Source of the DNA: Candidatus Doudnabacteria bacterium
GTDB taxonomy: Bacteria > Patescibacteriota > Doudnabacteria > UBA920
Reading direction: 5' to 3'
Length of the DNA: 46,221 nucleotides
Assembly (NCBI GenBank): GCA_016788665.1
Contig: JAEUSF010000001.1
Location: forward strand, 1-46,221
Positions 33,721 through 43,085 of the stretch are shown here, in pieces; position 1 is the stretch's first letter; every line of letters begins with the position of its first letter. Made by a program: the position numbers and the translations under genes. Under the pieces are notes generated by a model, which was given only the letters and a program-made list of their open reading frames with translations, was not told the origin of the DNA and did not search any database.

Positions 33721-34866
33721 AATCAGTTCCGAAATTTTTATAAACCTACTTTCTATATCTGCCAAAGTCGCATTTGGTAATACAAATTCCCACAGCCCAA
33801 AGGCAAGAGGTGGTATGTCTTGTTTTAAAGAAGGCAGTCCAAACTCTTCAATAAATTTAGTTTCAGAAATAAGCTTATGTAGAGCAAGGCTCAGCCTAAC
33901 ACCACCCGAAGTATTTTCCGAAATTACACCCATAATTTTTTTGTCAGAAATATTACCAATTAAGTCGGAAATTATTTTCGTTATAAAATCCTGCCCCGCC
34001 GAAGACTTTTCAAAATCTTGCGAATTTAACACGGCGTACATATACACAGCACCCTCTGCGCCCTTAAGTTTTGCCAAAGTGCGTCCCCATAACCTTAAAA
34101 AGTTTAAAGGCTTAGTTTTATAAATAGCCTGAACTATTTCCTGCTGCCTAGCACCCAATTCAACTAACTTAGAAGAAACCAAAAAGGACCTTGGTGTGGT
34201 CTTTACGTGCTGAAATGAATCAGTTTCCGAAATTATTCCTGCCATAAGACACGTTGAAATATTTTCGTCCACCACTTTTTCTTCATTTTTCTCTAAAAGC
34301 CCAAAAAGCATTTCACATATAGACGTGGAGGCTAAATCAACCCAGTTGACTGCACCAAAAAGCTCATTTCCTGCCTTATTGTCTATATTAACTTTAGGAA
34401 TTTCATAAAAAACCGAAGATTTTTGTTCAAATAAATCGCCCAACTCACCTAAATTGGCAGCCCCTATAACAAGAACCAGGTCGTAAGCCGGCCTTTCCTT
34501 TTCAAAAACCAAATCTTCGGGAGAAAAAGGCTGCCCAGCCGACTTCAAATATATACTAACTTGATTATCGGCCGTATCATAGGAAATCTCTTGAAGCTTT
34601 TTCTCTGAAGTATTTAACCGTATAACCAAATTTTTGTCTGAAGAAAGAGAGTTTTTCAGCCCGTCTGTCCCTGGCAAGAAAACCAATTTCGGGTCCAAGG
34701 CACCAGAACTTATTAAGTCGTTTTCTTTTTTTAACTTCTCTAAAACGCTTTTAAAGGCCAGCCCGGCAGATAAATGATCTATGCTAAAATTCTGCGGCAA
34801 CGCAATAAGAATGCGAGACGATTTTTTAATCTGTTCAAAAATTTGCTGATATATGCTTAATTCCAT
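33718..34866 (-). CDS. DHH/DHHA1-family (NrnA-like) protein with degenerate catalytic motifs
   Basis: Architecture and length are those of NrnA. The start at the ATG 34866 (MELSIYQQIFEQIKK) is preferred, because the ORF-track start at 34992 overlaps tsaE. I did not see DHH or GGGH motifs. Confidence 0.7.
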   Translation of the reverse strand: MELSIYQQIFEQIKKSSRILIALPQNFSIDHLSAGLAFKSVLEKLKKENDLISSGALDPKLVFLPGTDGLKNSLSSDKNLVIRLNTSEKKLQEISYDTADNQVSIYLKSAGQPFSPEDLVFEKERPAYDLVLVIGAANLGELGDLFEQKSSVFYEIPKVNIDNKAGNELFGAVNWVDLASTSICEMLFGLLEKNEEKVVDENISTCLMAGIISETDSFQHVKTTPRSFLVSSKLVELGARQQEIVQAIYKTKPLNFLRLWGRTLAKLKGAEGAVYMYAVLNSQDFEKSSAGQDFITKIISDLIGNISDKKIMGVISENTSGGVRLSLALHKLISETKFIEEFGLPSLKQDIPPLAFGLWEFVLPNATLADIESRFIKISELI

Positions 34867-34974
34867 ACGATTAGTTATTTTAGTCAATTTAAGCAGCCGC
34901 GTCAACCAAGAGCCCCTATAACAAAACATGCCTCGAAGTATTGAAAAAGTAACCAAGTCACGATAAAATAACTT

Positions 34975-35373
34975 ATGCGAAAAATCTGGCACATAAAAAC
35001 CTTGTTCGAACTAAAAAAACTGGCAAAAGAAATAGCAGCTTCTGTAACGGGCGGGGAAATTTTTGCGCTTAATGGCAACCTAGGAAGCGGCAAAACAACT
35101 TTTACAAAGGCCTTGGCACGGGCTTTAAAAATTAAAAAGCATGTTACGAGCCCAACTTTCGTTATTATGAAAGCCTACCCATTTAAAAAAACTTCAAGAA
35201 AACTTCATCTATACCACTTAGACTTATACAGAACCGAGACAAATATTGTCGAGAACTTGGGCTTGAAAGAAATTTGGAAAGACAAAAATTCCATAACGGT
35301 TATAGAATGGGCTAACAAAATAAAAAAACACTTACCTAAAGCTACTCATCAAATATTCTTCCATCATACCTAA
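34975..35373 (+). CDS. tsaE: tRNA threonylcarbamoyladenosine biosynthesis protein TsaE
   Basis: P-loop GNLGSGKTTFTKALARAL, SPTF motif and HLDLYR motif. Confidence 0.9.
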   Translation: MRKIWHIKTLFELKKLAKEIAASVTGGEIFALNGNLGSGKTTFTKALARALKIKKHVTSPTFVIMKAYPFKKTSRKLHLYHLDLYRTETNIVENLGLKEIWKDKNSITVIEWANKIKKHLPKATHQIFFHHT

Positions 35374-36560
35374 TGAAATTTTATAAATATTATATCCTGT
35401 TAAGTTTTTTTCTTCTCTGTAAAAATCCCTTGTCCGCCGCAGCACAATCTTTGTTGCCAACGGAAAGTTTTAAACTTGGATTTAAAGACCAAGTTTTTGA
35501 ACTAAAAACCGAAACTTTAAAAAGCTCGTCAGGTAATTTTTCCCTGCCTCAAAGTTCCAACATAGTTGAGCCCAAAAGAACTCAGGAGGATTTAGAAAAT
35601 TTAATGATAAAAAAAACAGGGCCTAAGCAAAATTTCAGCCTTCGTTTTGACCATGACCCTGCGGCAATATTTAATTTTGTGGAAAACACGGCAAATGCTG
35701 TAGAAAAACCAGTTACAGAACCAATTCTAAAGATAGAAAAAAACTTTGTAACAGAATTTGTTCCACCTTCTGACGGCGTATCGGTAGACAGAGTTCAAGC
35801 GACGCTGGAGATACTAAAAAGCTTAAAACAAAAAACCGCATCTTCGAGTCTGGTTTACTTTTCTACCAGTCCAACCAAAAAACTTTCAGAAATTAACAAT
35901 CTAGGAATTCAAGAGCTCATTGCCCAAGGAACATCTAATTTTAAAGGCAGTCCAAAAAACCGCAAACACAATATAAAAGTAGGTGTGGAAAAATTTAAAG
36001 GCTTAATTATAAAACAAGGCGAAGAATTCAGCTTTAACAAATATCTAGGTCCTGTTGAGAAAGAGGCCGGCTTCTTACCAGAGCTAGTCATAAAAAAAAG
36101 CGGTACCGTGCCCGAACTTGGTGGAGGGCTTTGCCAGGTTTCTTCTACCACCTTTAGAGCTGCTATGGAAGCAGGCCTGCCTATAACCCAAAGAAAAAAC
36201 CATTCATACGCTGTGCAATACTATGCCCCACAAGGGACAGATGCAACTATATACCCAGGCGTTATTGACCTCAAATTTAAAAACGATACCCCTGGAGACA
36301 TTTTGGTTTGGCCTTATTTTCTTGAAGGAGATATATTAAAATTTGATTTTTACGGAACAAAGGATTCTCGCACCGTAACTTTAAACAAGCCTTATCAATA
36401 CGACCGAAAAACAGACGGCTCAATGAAAGCAGAGTGGACACGCATAGTAACCAAAGACGGCACAACCAGTACGTCAACTTTTAAATCTGTATACCTGTCC
36501 CCCGCCCTTTTTCACAAAGAAGAACAATTTGTAACCGCCCCAACACCAGCCAACCCATAA
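35373..36560 (+). CDS. VanW-family protein with an N-terminal signal or anchor
   Basis: VanW-domain block GGGLCQVSSTTFRAAMEAGLPITQRKNHSY. The start overlaps the tsaE stop (TAATG). Confidence 0.85.
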   Translation: MKFYKYYILLSFFLLCKNPLSAAAQSLLPTESFKLGFKDQVFELKTETLKSSSGNFSLPQSSNIVEPKRTQEDLENLMIKKTGPKQNFSLRFDHDPAAIFNFVENTANAVEKPVTEPILKIEKNFVTEFVPPSDGVSVDRVQATLEILKSLKQKTASSSLVYFSTSPTKKLSEINNLGIQELIAQGTSNFKGSPKNRKHNIKVGVEKFKGLIIKQGEEFSFNKYLGPVEKEAGFLPELVIKKSGTVPELGGGLCQVSSTTFRAAMEAGLPITQRKNHSYAVQYYAPQGTDATIYPGVIDLKFKNDTPGDILVWPYFLEGDILKFDFYGTKDSRTVTLNKPYQYDRKTDGSMKAEWTRIVTKDGTTSTSTFKSVYLSPALFHKEEQFVTAPTPANP

Positions 36561-36570
36561 AAATTTGCAA

Positions 36571-36915
36571 ATGAGGAAATTTCCAGAAAAATTTACCGCC
36601 CCAAACAATCAAATTGGAGAAAACAAAATAAGAAGGACCGCGGCCGAAATAAAAGACATGTCAGGAAATTTGCCCACCCTGGACCTGCACGGAAAGAACA
36701 TCTCCGAAGCAGAACAACTTACTCTAAATTCCATTTATATGTGGGCTAACTCCGATGAGATTTCGTGCCTTATAATACATGGTAAAGGAACAGGCGTCCT
36801 AGACAAAGCAATTACAAACTTACTAACAGACCTTAAAAACTCAAAAATTATAGAAGACTTTTTTCCTTCCTCAAAATACCCAGGGGCAGCAAAAGTTGTG
36901 GTATTTTTTACTTAA
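36571..36915 (+). CDS. Smr-domain protein
   Basis: LDLHGKNISEAEQ...IIHGKGTGVL are typical Smr motifs. The ATG at 36571 is preferred over the TTG at 36565. Confidence 0.8.
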   Translation: MRKFPEKFTAPNNQIGENKIRRTAAEIKDMSGNLPTLDLHGKNISEAEQLTLNSIYMWANSDEISCLIIHGKGTGVLDKAITNLLTDLKNSKIIEDFFPSSKYPGAAKVVVFFT

Positions 36916-36920
36916 AATAT

Positions 36921-36950
36921 ACCGTCACATAAGTGGCGGTTTTTGTTTAT
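36921..36950 (+). terminator. rho-independent terminator
   Basis: Stem ACCGTCAC/GTGGCGGT (one wobble pair) followed by TTTTGTTTATTTTT. Confidence 0.55.
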
Positions 36951-37061
36951 TTTTCTTTAAATATATGTTTAAATACCTATACAGCAACCTCTTTAAAATC
37001 AAAGACCTTGAACAAGCTATAAAAGGCAGCTAAAATTTTATTTTTACCCTATTTACCCCAT

Positions 37062-38105
37062 ATGTCTATTAAATCTTCAAACAACCAAAGTGCGGAGCTG
37101 GATGCCGAGACGCATGAAATAGAAGACGTTGCCCTGGACACCAATTTAAGACCACAGGCTCTAGAAGAATATATTGGCCAACAAGAAGTAAAAGATAACT
37201 TAAACATTCTTTTACAGGCAGCAAAACAGCGCGGAGAAAAAGTAGAACACATGCTATTTTACGGTCCACCCGGTTTAGGAAAAACCACTCTTGCTAACAT
37301 AGTTGCACGCGAAATGAATTCTCAAATCAAAATAACTTCGGGTCCGGCTATCGAAAGAGCTGGAGATTTAGCCGCGCTCTTAACTAACTTAAATGCTGGC
37401 GACGTTTTATTTATAGACGAAATCCACCGACTAAACAAAGTTGTAGAAGAAGTACTCTATCCCGCCATGGAAGATTTTGCTCTCGATATAGTTCTGGGCA
37501 AAGGACCCGGAGCAAGATCCATACGAATGGAATTGCCAAAATTCACTCTTATAGGCGCAACTACTCGTGTAGGAATGCTATCTGCTCCCTTAAGAGACCG
37601 CTTTGGCGCAATTTTCCGACTTGAGTATTATTCCACAGAAGAATTAAAGAAAATAATAGCGCGAAATGCCAAAATCCTCGGCGCCAAAATGGAAAACGGG
37701 GCAATAGACGAACTCGCGATGCGTTGCCGTTTTACTCCACGCATAGCAAATCGTCTGTTAAAAAGAGTACGTGACTTTTCTCAAGTTCACGGCCATGATA
37801 CAATTACACAAAAAGCGGCCAATGGTGCGCTCGAACTTTTAAAAGTTGACCACTTAGGCCTGGACAAAAACGACCTCCGTATTCTGGAAGCTTTAATTAC
37901 AAAATTCAAAGGACAGCCTGTAGGATTAGCTACGCTTGCTGCCTCTACTGGAGAAGAGGAAGACACTATTACTGACATTCACGAACCCTTTCTTTTAAGA
38001 CTAGGTCTTATAAACAAAACTCCCCGCGGCAGACAAGCGACCGAAATGGCATACAAACACCTTGGTCTAACTCCACCAAAAACAACGCAGCAAACTATTA
38101 TTTAA
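37062..38105 (+). CDS. ruvB: Holliday junction branch migration DNA helicase RuvB
   Basis: [12 protein letters not shown], Walker [10 protein letters not shown], Walker [10 protein letters not shown] and the sensor region. Confidence 0.97.
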   Translation: MSIKSSNNQSAELDAETHEIEDVALDTNLRPQALEEYIGQQEVKDNLNILLQAAKQRGEKVEHMLFYGPPGLGKTTLANIVAREMNSQIKITSGPAIERAGDLAALLTNLNAGDVLFIDEIHRLNKVVEEVLYPAMEDFALDIVLGKGPGARSIRMELPKFTLIGATTRVGMLSAPLRDRFGAIFRLEYYSTEELKKIIARNAKILGAKMENGAIDELAMRCRFTPRIANRLLKRVRDFSQVHGHDTITQKAANGALELLKVDHLGLDKNDLRILEALITKFKGQPVGLATLAASTGEEEDTITDIHEPFLLRLGLINKTPRGRQATEMAYKHLGLTPPKTTQQTII

Positions 38106-38110
38106 CAACC

Positions 38111-38320
38111 ATGAATTTTTCCGCCCTTGGTCCGATTGTAATACAAATCACATATTACGTAATAGTTGGCATAGCGTCATTTTTGTCTGCTTTTGCGGCA
38201 TATATAATTATTCGCTACGGTGAGTCAAGAACATTCTCAGTTATACTGGCCTTAGTATTTATTTTCTTTTATATCACCGCACTCGGCCAATCTTACTCAA
38301 CTTTAATTTCAATTATTTAA
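38111..38320 (+). CDS. small membrane protein (2 predicted TM helices)
   Basis: 69-aa hydrophobic ORF packed tightly between ruvB and the next gene. Confidence 0.5.
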   Translation: MNFSALGPIVIQITYYVIVGIASFLSAFAAYIIIRYGESRTFSVILALVFIFFYITALGQSYSTLISII

Positions 38321-38322
38321 CC

Positions 38323-38847
38323 GTGCATAAACTTTTTCCCAGCCAACTTGAAGAAGAAAAAATTTATTTAGTAATTAGAGAGCACTGGTTCAGGCTGCTT
38401 TTAAAGCTTTTGGTTTGGACTTTTGGCGCAATGGTGCTGGTTTCTTTTCAGATTGCAGGGCCAAATATTTTACCAGGTCTTTTCGAAGGCCAAAGCGGAC
38501 AAATTGTTAAACTTTTTGAACAAATTTACTTTTTAATTTTGCTCCTTTCCTTGTTTTTAATAGTAATTTTACACTATTTAAACACGCACATTGTCACAAA
38601 CATACGGGTTGTCGACATTGACCAAGTCGGACTCTTTTCCCATGTAATATCTGAGCTTCATATAGACAAGCTAGAAGATATAACCAGCGAAACCAATGGT
38701 GTCTTTGGTACACTCTTTAACTACGGAAACGTTTATATACAAACCGCCGGAGCCAGGGAACGATTTGAATTCGACAACGTACCCAGACCCGCCTCAATAG
38801 AAAAACTTATTTTGGATTTATACGAGCAAAATTCTAAAAACGAATAA
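38323..38847 (+). CDS. membrane protein with a bacterial PH (YdbS/YdbT-like) domain
   Basis: GTG start. A two-TM hairpin is followed by a beta-rich C-terminal region (YGNVYIQTAG...FEFDNVPRP). Confidence 0.6.
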   Translation: MHKLFPSQLEEEKIYLVIREHWFRLLLKLLVWTFGAMVLVSFQIAGPNILPGLFEGQSGQIVKLFEQIYFLILLLSLFLIVILHYLNTHIVTNIRVVDIDQVGLFSHVISELHIDKLEDITSETNGVFGTLFNYGNVYIQTAGARERFEFDNVPRPASIEKLILDLYEQNSKNE

Positions 38848-38851
38848 CTTT

Positions 38852-39295
38852 ATGAAAACCGTAGCAGTTTCTGGAGGTTTTGATCCAATTCATATTGGCC
38901 ATGTAGAAATGTTTCAGGAAGCAAAGGCTCTTGGCGAAAAACTAATTGTCATAGTTAACAATGACAATTGGTTAATGAAGAAAAAAGGTTTCGTCTTCAT
39001 GCCAGAAAAGGAGCGCGTAGAAATAATAAAATCAATCAGGTACGTTGACGAAGTTATTTTAACCAAACACGAACCCGGCCCTAAAGACATGTCTGTATGC
39101 CAAGCGCTGGAAGAACTCAGGCCTGATATATTCGCCAATGGGGGAGACAGAAAACCAGACGGCGACCCTGTGCCTGAAGTCGAACTTTGTAATAGGCTTG
39201 GCATAGAACTTGTATACAATATTGGCAAAAGCGGAAAAATTCAAAGCTCAAGCGAGCTTGTAAAAAAAGCCAAAGAAAAGACCACTGCAAAATAA
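38852..39295 (+). CDS. cytidylyltransferase-family nucleotidyltransferase (RfaE domain II / TagD-like)
   Basis: The block VAVSGGFDPIHIGHVEMFQEAKALG contains the HxGH-type motif. Confidence 0.85.
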   Translation: MKTVAVSGGFDPIHIGHVEMFQEAKALGEKLIVIVNNDNWLMKKKGFVFMPEKERVEIIKSIRYVDEVILTKHEPGPKDMSVCQALEELRPDIFANGGDRKPDGDPVPEVELCNRLGIELVYNIGKSGKIQSSSELVKKAKEKTTAK

Positions 39296-39328
39296 TGCAG
39301 TGGTTTTAAAATATTTAGCTTGCCCTCT

Positions 39329-39862
39329 TTATCTAAAAATCCAGCGAACGCCCATTACGCCAATTAGTTTTTTGGTACAAAAAAAATCGGACCACAAAAC
39401 CAAAGGCATTTTTTTTAGCCGGTATTCTACCCTGAGCCCCGAACCCTTATTAACTTGGCTTAAAACCCCTAAGCCAAATCCTTTGCCCAAAGGATACCCC
39501 GCCTCCACTCTCCAAAAAAAACCGCTGCCCCCGGTCTCCAAGATAAGCAAACCCTTGCCCCCTTTACGATTCACAGCCGCGAAGCCGCCTATCCTTAAAG
39601 GGTCACTGTTTTGCTCGAGCCCAGCCCCAGCAGCCACCTGCAGCCACTCTGTTGGCAAGTAGGTAAGCCCTGCGTAACTTTGGCTGTACTCTTTATCGGC
39701 CTGAAACCAAACAAAGGTTCCGGTTTTTGGCGTTAGTGCTGACGTATAAATTCCGGCCAGCCGGCTTTTCAAAGAATGCGAGGAAATGTGCACTCTCTCC
39801 TCTACCCACCCCTGCCCAAAACACAACCCGCTTGCAAGCCAAATTGCAAATAAACTAATCAT
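39329..39862 (-). CDS. secreted beta-barrel-like protein, G+C-rich (paralog of 22661-23314)
   Basis: The start at the ATG 39862 follows the SD GAAGGGGGAGAG. Signal peptide MISLFAIWLASGLCFGQG. Motifs are colinear with the paralog: SRL, G.GL...L..GGF, LE., GKGF, and Y.[FL] near the C-terminus. Confidence 0.65.
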   Translation of the reverse strand: MISLFAIWLASGLCFGQGWVEERVHISSHSLKSRLAGIYTSALTPKTGTFVWFQADKEYSQSYAGLTYLPTEWLQVAAGAGLEQNSDPLRIGGFAAVNRKGGKGLLILETGGSGFFWRVEAGYPLGKGFGLGVLSQVNKGSGLRVEYRLKKMPLVLWSDFFCTKKLIGVMGVRWIFR

Positions 39863-40025
39863 CTCTCCCCCTTCACCCATAAACTTATTCTGAACATATA
39901 ATAATATCAAATCTTATTTGCTTGTCAATTATATTTCAACAATTTAATAAATATTTTTAAAATTTCCTTTACTTATTGACATATTTTATGTTGACAATTT
40001 TTCAACAACAGGCTAACCTAAGCTT

Positions 40026-40796
40026 ATGATAGAAAAATTGCTTAAAAACTTAGGCTTTGGAGACAAAGAAATAAAAGTATATTTAACCCTTCTTCATTAT
40101 GGCAAAATCACACCTGCCTCATTAGCGAAGCTCGTAAATCTAAACCGAACTACTGTATATAGCCTGGCAAAGGAACTGGTACAAAAAGGGGTAATAAGCG
40201 AAGACTTAGGCGGACCAGCATTGTATTTGGTAGCCAAACCGCCCCACGACCTTATAAATATAGTTCAAATAGAGGAAAAACATTTAGAAGAAAAAAAGGC
40301 GGTTATAAAAAATGCAGTCGAAGAACTACAAAAAATAAGTCGGGGCACGGAGTACTCCATACCTAAAATAGTCTTTAAGACCCAAGACGAAATAGAACAA
40401 TATCTGTATAGCCAAACTCCCGCATGGGACGAGAGTATATTAAAATACGACGGAACCTGGTGGGGTTTTCAGGACCACACCTTTGTACAACACTACGAAA
40501 AATGGATAGACTGGTATTGGCAAACCGGCTCAAACCCGGCTACCAAGCTTAAACTTTTAAGCAACGAACTAGCTGAAGAAATAAAAAAAACAAAATACGA
40601 ACGAAGACAAATAAACTTTTGGGAACAAAGTCACAACTTTAAAACCACTACTTGGATTTTGGGTGATTATGTAGTAATGATAGTAACCAATCAGCGGCCA
40701 CATTATTTAGTAGAAATATACGACAGGGTGCTAGCCCATGACCAAAGAGAAATATTTAAAGGTATTTGGAAAACACTTATACAAAACCGCCCCTAG
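40026..40796 (+). CDS. TrmB-family transcriptional regulator
   Basis: N-terminal LGFGDKEIKVYLTLLHYGKITPASLAKLVNLNRTTVYSLAKELVQKGV is typical of the TrmB wHTH. Confidence 0.85.
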   Translation: MIEKLLKNLGFGDKEIKVYLTLLHYGKITPASLAKLVNLNRTTVYSLAKELVQKGVISEDLGGPALYLVAKPPHDLINIVQIEEKHLEEKKAVIKNAVEELQKISRGTEYSIPKIVFKTQDEIEQYLYSQTPAWDESILKYDGTWWGFQDHTFVQHYEKWIDWYWQTGSNPATKLKLLSNELAEEIKKTKYERRQINFWEQSHNFKTTTWILGDYVVMIVTNQRPHYLVEIYDRVLAHDQREIFKGIWKTLIQNRP

Positions 40797-40808
40797 GGGC
40801 GGTTTTGT
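40784..40808. terminator. bidirectional terminator
   Basis: Stem AAACCGCCCC/GGGGCGGTTT overlapping the TAG stop codon. Confidence 0.65.
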
Positions 40809-40847
40809 ATAACCTATAAAACAGACGCTTGCGCAAAAACAAAGATC

Positions 40848-41570
40848 CTAATAATTCAGAACTACGGACAAAGAGGCCAAAGCCGCGGTTTCTGCCCGCA
40901 ACGTAGATTCTCCAAGAGAAACCGCGTGTATTCCTGGCAACGTTTTTAAAAATCTTAACTCATCTTCGGTGAAACCACCCTCTGGACCAATGACCACCGA
41001 ACAAGTTTTTACGGATTTTAACGGCTCATTAAAAGCGTTAATTTTTTCCCCATCTTTGTCCAAGACTAAACTTATTTCAAATTTTTTCAACTCTTCTGAA
41101 AGCAAGCCCGTGTTCTCCAAATAAATAATTTCTGGCGGAGCTTGCCTATCAGACTGCTTGGCGGCCTCCCACAAAATCTTACCCCATCGACTTTTCCTTT
41201 TTTCAAAAAGTTCCGGGGTTATTTTCACAGCTGTGTTCTGAGAATTAAATAAAATAATTTTTTCCGCCCCTATTTCTGTGGATTTTTGCAAAATAAAATC
41301 GAGAGCCTTCTCATTTATAAAACTTTGGAACAAAACTGTTTTCAGCCTAGGTTCAGCAGGCACACTGACCCGCTCTTCTACCAAAACTTTTAAGCTGGAT
41401 TTACCTGCCTCTGTTATAACAACCTTATAACGAAACCTTTCCTTGTCCTGAAGGTTTAACACATCGCCTTTTTTCATTCGGCGAGAAAGCAATATATGAC
41501 GCGCCTCCTCTTCAGACAAATCTGACAGGCTTCCAATTTTTAATTTTTGGTTTGTTAAAAAATATGACAC
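40848..41570 (-). CDS. rsmE: 16S rRNA (uracil1498-N3)-methyltransferase RsmE
   Basis: PUA-like N-terminus and the C-terminal IGPEGGFTEDE motif. Confidence 0.88.
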   Translation of the reverse strand: MSYFLTNQKLKIGSLSDLSEEEARHILLSRRMKKGDVLNLQDKERFRYKVVITEAGKSSLKVLVEERVSVPAEPRLKTVLFQSFINEKALDFILQKSTEIGAEKIILFNSQNTAVKITPELFEKRKSRWGKILWEAAKQSDRQAPPEIIYLENTGLLSEELKKFEISLVLDKDGEKINAFNEPLKSVKTCSVVIGPEGGFTEDELRFLKTLPGIHAVSLGESTLRAETAALASLSVVLNY

Positions 41571-41578
41571 AGTATAAT

Positions 41579-41878
41579 TTATAATTCTATTCGGATAGCA
41601 TAAACAGTTCGCGTGCCCAAAACCTCATTTAAAGCTTCTATTATTTTAGCAGCCAGCACTTTTACCTGGTAAGCCGCCTCGGTACTTAAAGAAGCGACAG
41701 TTAAAACCCCTTTTTTAAAATCTATGGCTTTGGTATATCTGCCACCCTGCATAACAAAAGCTTCTACAATATCTGACCATATTTTTAACAACTTATGTTT
41801 ATAGACCGCCTCTTCAAGTTGATAGTTTTTTTGTGCTGATTTTAATACCGTACTTATTTTAACGAACCTTTTATTCAT
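41579..41878 (-). CDS. DUF721 / DciA-like protein
   Basis: 99 aa with the pattern W..IV.......T....FK.GVL.V. Its position directly downstream of recF is typical for DciA. Confidence 0.75.
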   Translation of the reverse strand: MNKRFVKISTVLKSAQKNYQLEEAVYKHKLLKIWSDIVEAFVMQGGRYTKAIDFKKGVLTVASLSTEAAYQVKVLAAKIIEALNEVLGTRTVYAIRIEL

Positions 41879-41898
41879 AATTTTATTTTTATATATTT

Positions 41899-42981
41899 TT
41901 ACTCAGCTTCTAACGCAGGTGTCAGTGTTACATGTTGGGCAGGCATCTCAAGCGGATGCGTGGTGGTAATAAAAGTTTGAAATTTATTTTGTAAAAATTT
42001 TAAAAGAAATGTACGGCGGGTCTCGTCTAATTCAGACAAGACATCGTCTAAAAGCAAAACTGGTTTTTCTTCACCTTGGCTCAAATACTCAAGCTCCAAA
42101 ATTTTTAGCGCCAAAACCTGGCTTCTAAGCTCTCCCCTGGAAGAAAAAGGGCTAAGGTATAAACCATCACTCTGTAATGAAAAATCGTCCTTATGGGGCC
42201 CTACAAGCGAAACAGCGGCAGCTTTTTCTCTGGGCGCGTACTTTTCTAACTTTTCACGGTACGCACTTTCTATTTCCTCTAACGTATCCCCCGGTAAAGA
42301 ACTATATACCACCTCCACGGGACGATGAAATCCTGAAATTGCAGAGTAGACCTCCGAAATACGGTCGTTTAAATATTCACAAAACTTTCTTCTTTCCATA
42401 ATAATACCGCTACCAATTTTAACCAACTGACTGTTCCAGGAACTAAGCTCCTCTGAATTCGTCGACAATCCTGACTTCAAATTTTGCAAAAGTTTGTTTT
42501 TATAAAAAATTGCTTTTTTATACTCCCCAAGCTCTTCCATGTGACGCGGGGCTTTTTGTGACAAAACCATATTTAGATATTTACGCCTGCCTTCGGGCTG
42601 TTTAGTAAACATATCTACATCTGTGGGTTCAAATATCACAACCTTCAGAAAACCCTGGGCTTCGGTCCTTCTTTTCTTTACACCATTCAATAAAAAATTA
42701 GCATAAATCTTATCACGCTTTTCTAAAAATATTTTAAGGTTGTGGGTTTCGGAACCTTTTTCTATAACAAACTCAATCTCGGAAGCTTGGGTGTCTTTTA
42801 AAAATATAAATTCGTTATCATCCCTAAAAGACTTAAAAAGCGAAGCAAAGTATACAGACTCTAAAAGATTTGTTTTACCTACAGCATTAGGACCAGATAA
42901 TACAACAGTATTTCCGTTTATTGCCAAATCTAGGTCTGGATAATTTCTAAAGTTTTTTAATTTTATATTCGTAATCTTCAT
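41899..42981 (-). CDS. recF: DNA replication and repair protein RecF
   Basis: N-terminal LKNFRNY, Walker A GPNAVGKTNLLE, and the signature/Walker B region LLLDDVLSELD. Confidence 0.95.
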   Translation of the reverse strand: MKITNIKLKNFRNYPDLDLAINGNTVVLSGPNAVGKTNLLESVYFASLFKSFRDDNEFIFLKDTQASEIEFVIEKGSETHNLKIFLEKRDKIYANFLLNGVKKRRTEAQGFLKVVIFEPTDVDMFTKQPEGRRKYLNMVLSQKAPRHMEELGEYKKAIFYKNKLLQNLKSGLSTNSEELSSWNSQLVKIGSGIIMERRKFCEYLNDRISEVYSAISGFHRPVEVVYSSLPGDTLEEIESAYREKLEKYAPREKAAAVSLVGPHKDDFSLQSDGLYLSPFSSRGELRSQVLALKILELEYLSQGEEKPVLLLDDVLSELDETRRTFLLKFLQNKFQTFITTTHPLEMPAQHVTLTPALEAE

Positions 42982-43085
42982 ATATTCACAGATGCACGGA
43001 TTTCACAAATATCACGGATTCTAAACACCACAGCAGGGTATTTTATTGTATCTATATTATCCGGGCTATCTGTATATCCATAAAC
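42982..43085. repeat. repeat-module-rich recF-dnaN spacer
   Basis: CACAGAT GCACGGAT ... ATCACGGAT lies at the left end. ATCTGTATATCCATAAAC (43068-43085) at the right end resembles the right terminal repeat at 31954-31987. Confidence 0.6.

Noticed and set aside
933-34992. Long N-terminal extensions given by the ORF track for valS (933), rpoB (11387), the ABC ATPase (11687), the DHH-like gene (34992), the beta-barrel-like gene (39910), Smr (36565) and the 193-aa ORF (30219)
   Set aside because: The extensions overlap neighbouring genes or promoters, use non-ATG starts or add non-conserved residues. Internal ATGs give N-termini that match the family consensus or follow an SD.
39300-39662. The 120-aa plus-strand ORF antisense to the beta-barrel-like gene
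   Set aside because: It is proline/lysine-rich low complexity with no start context. It is a typical shadow ORF of a G+C-rich gene on the opposite strand.
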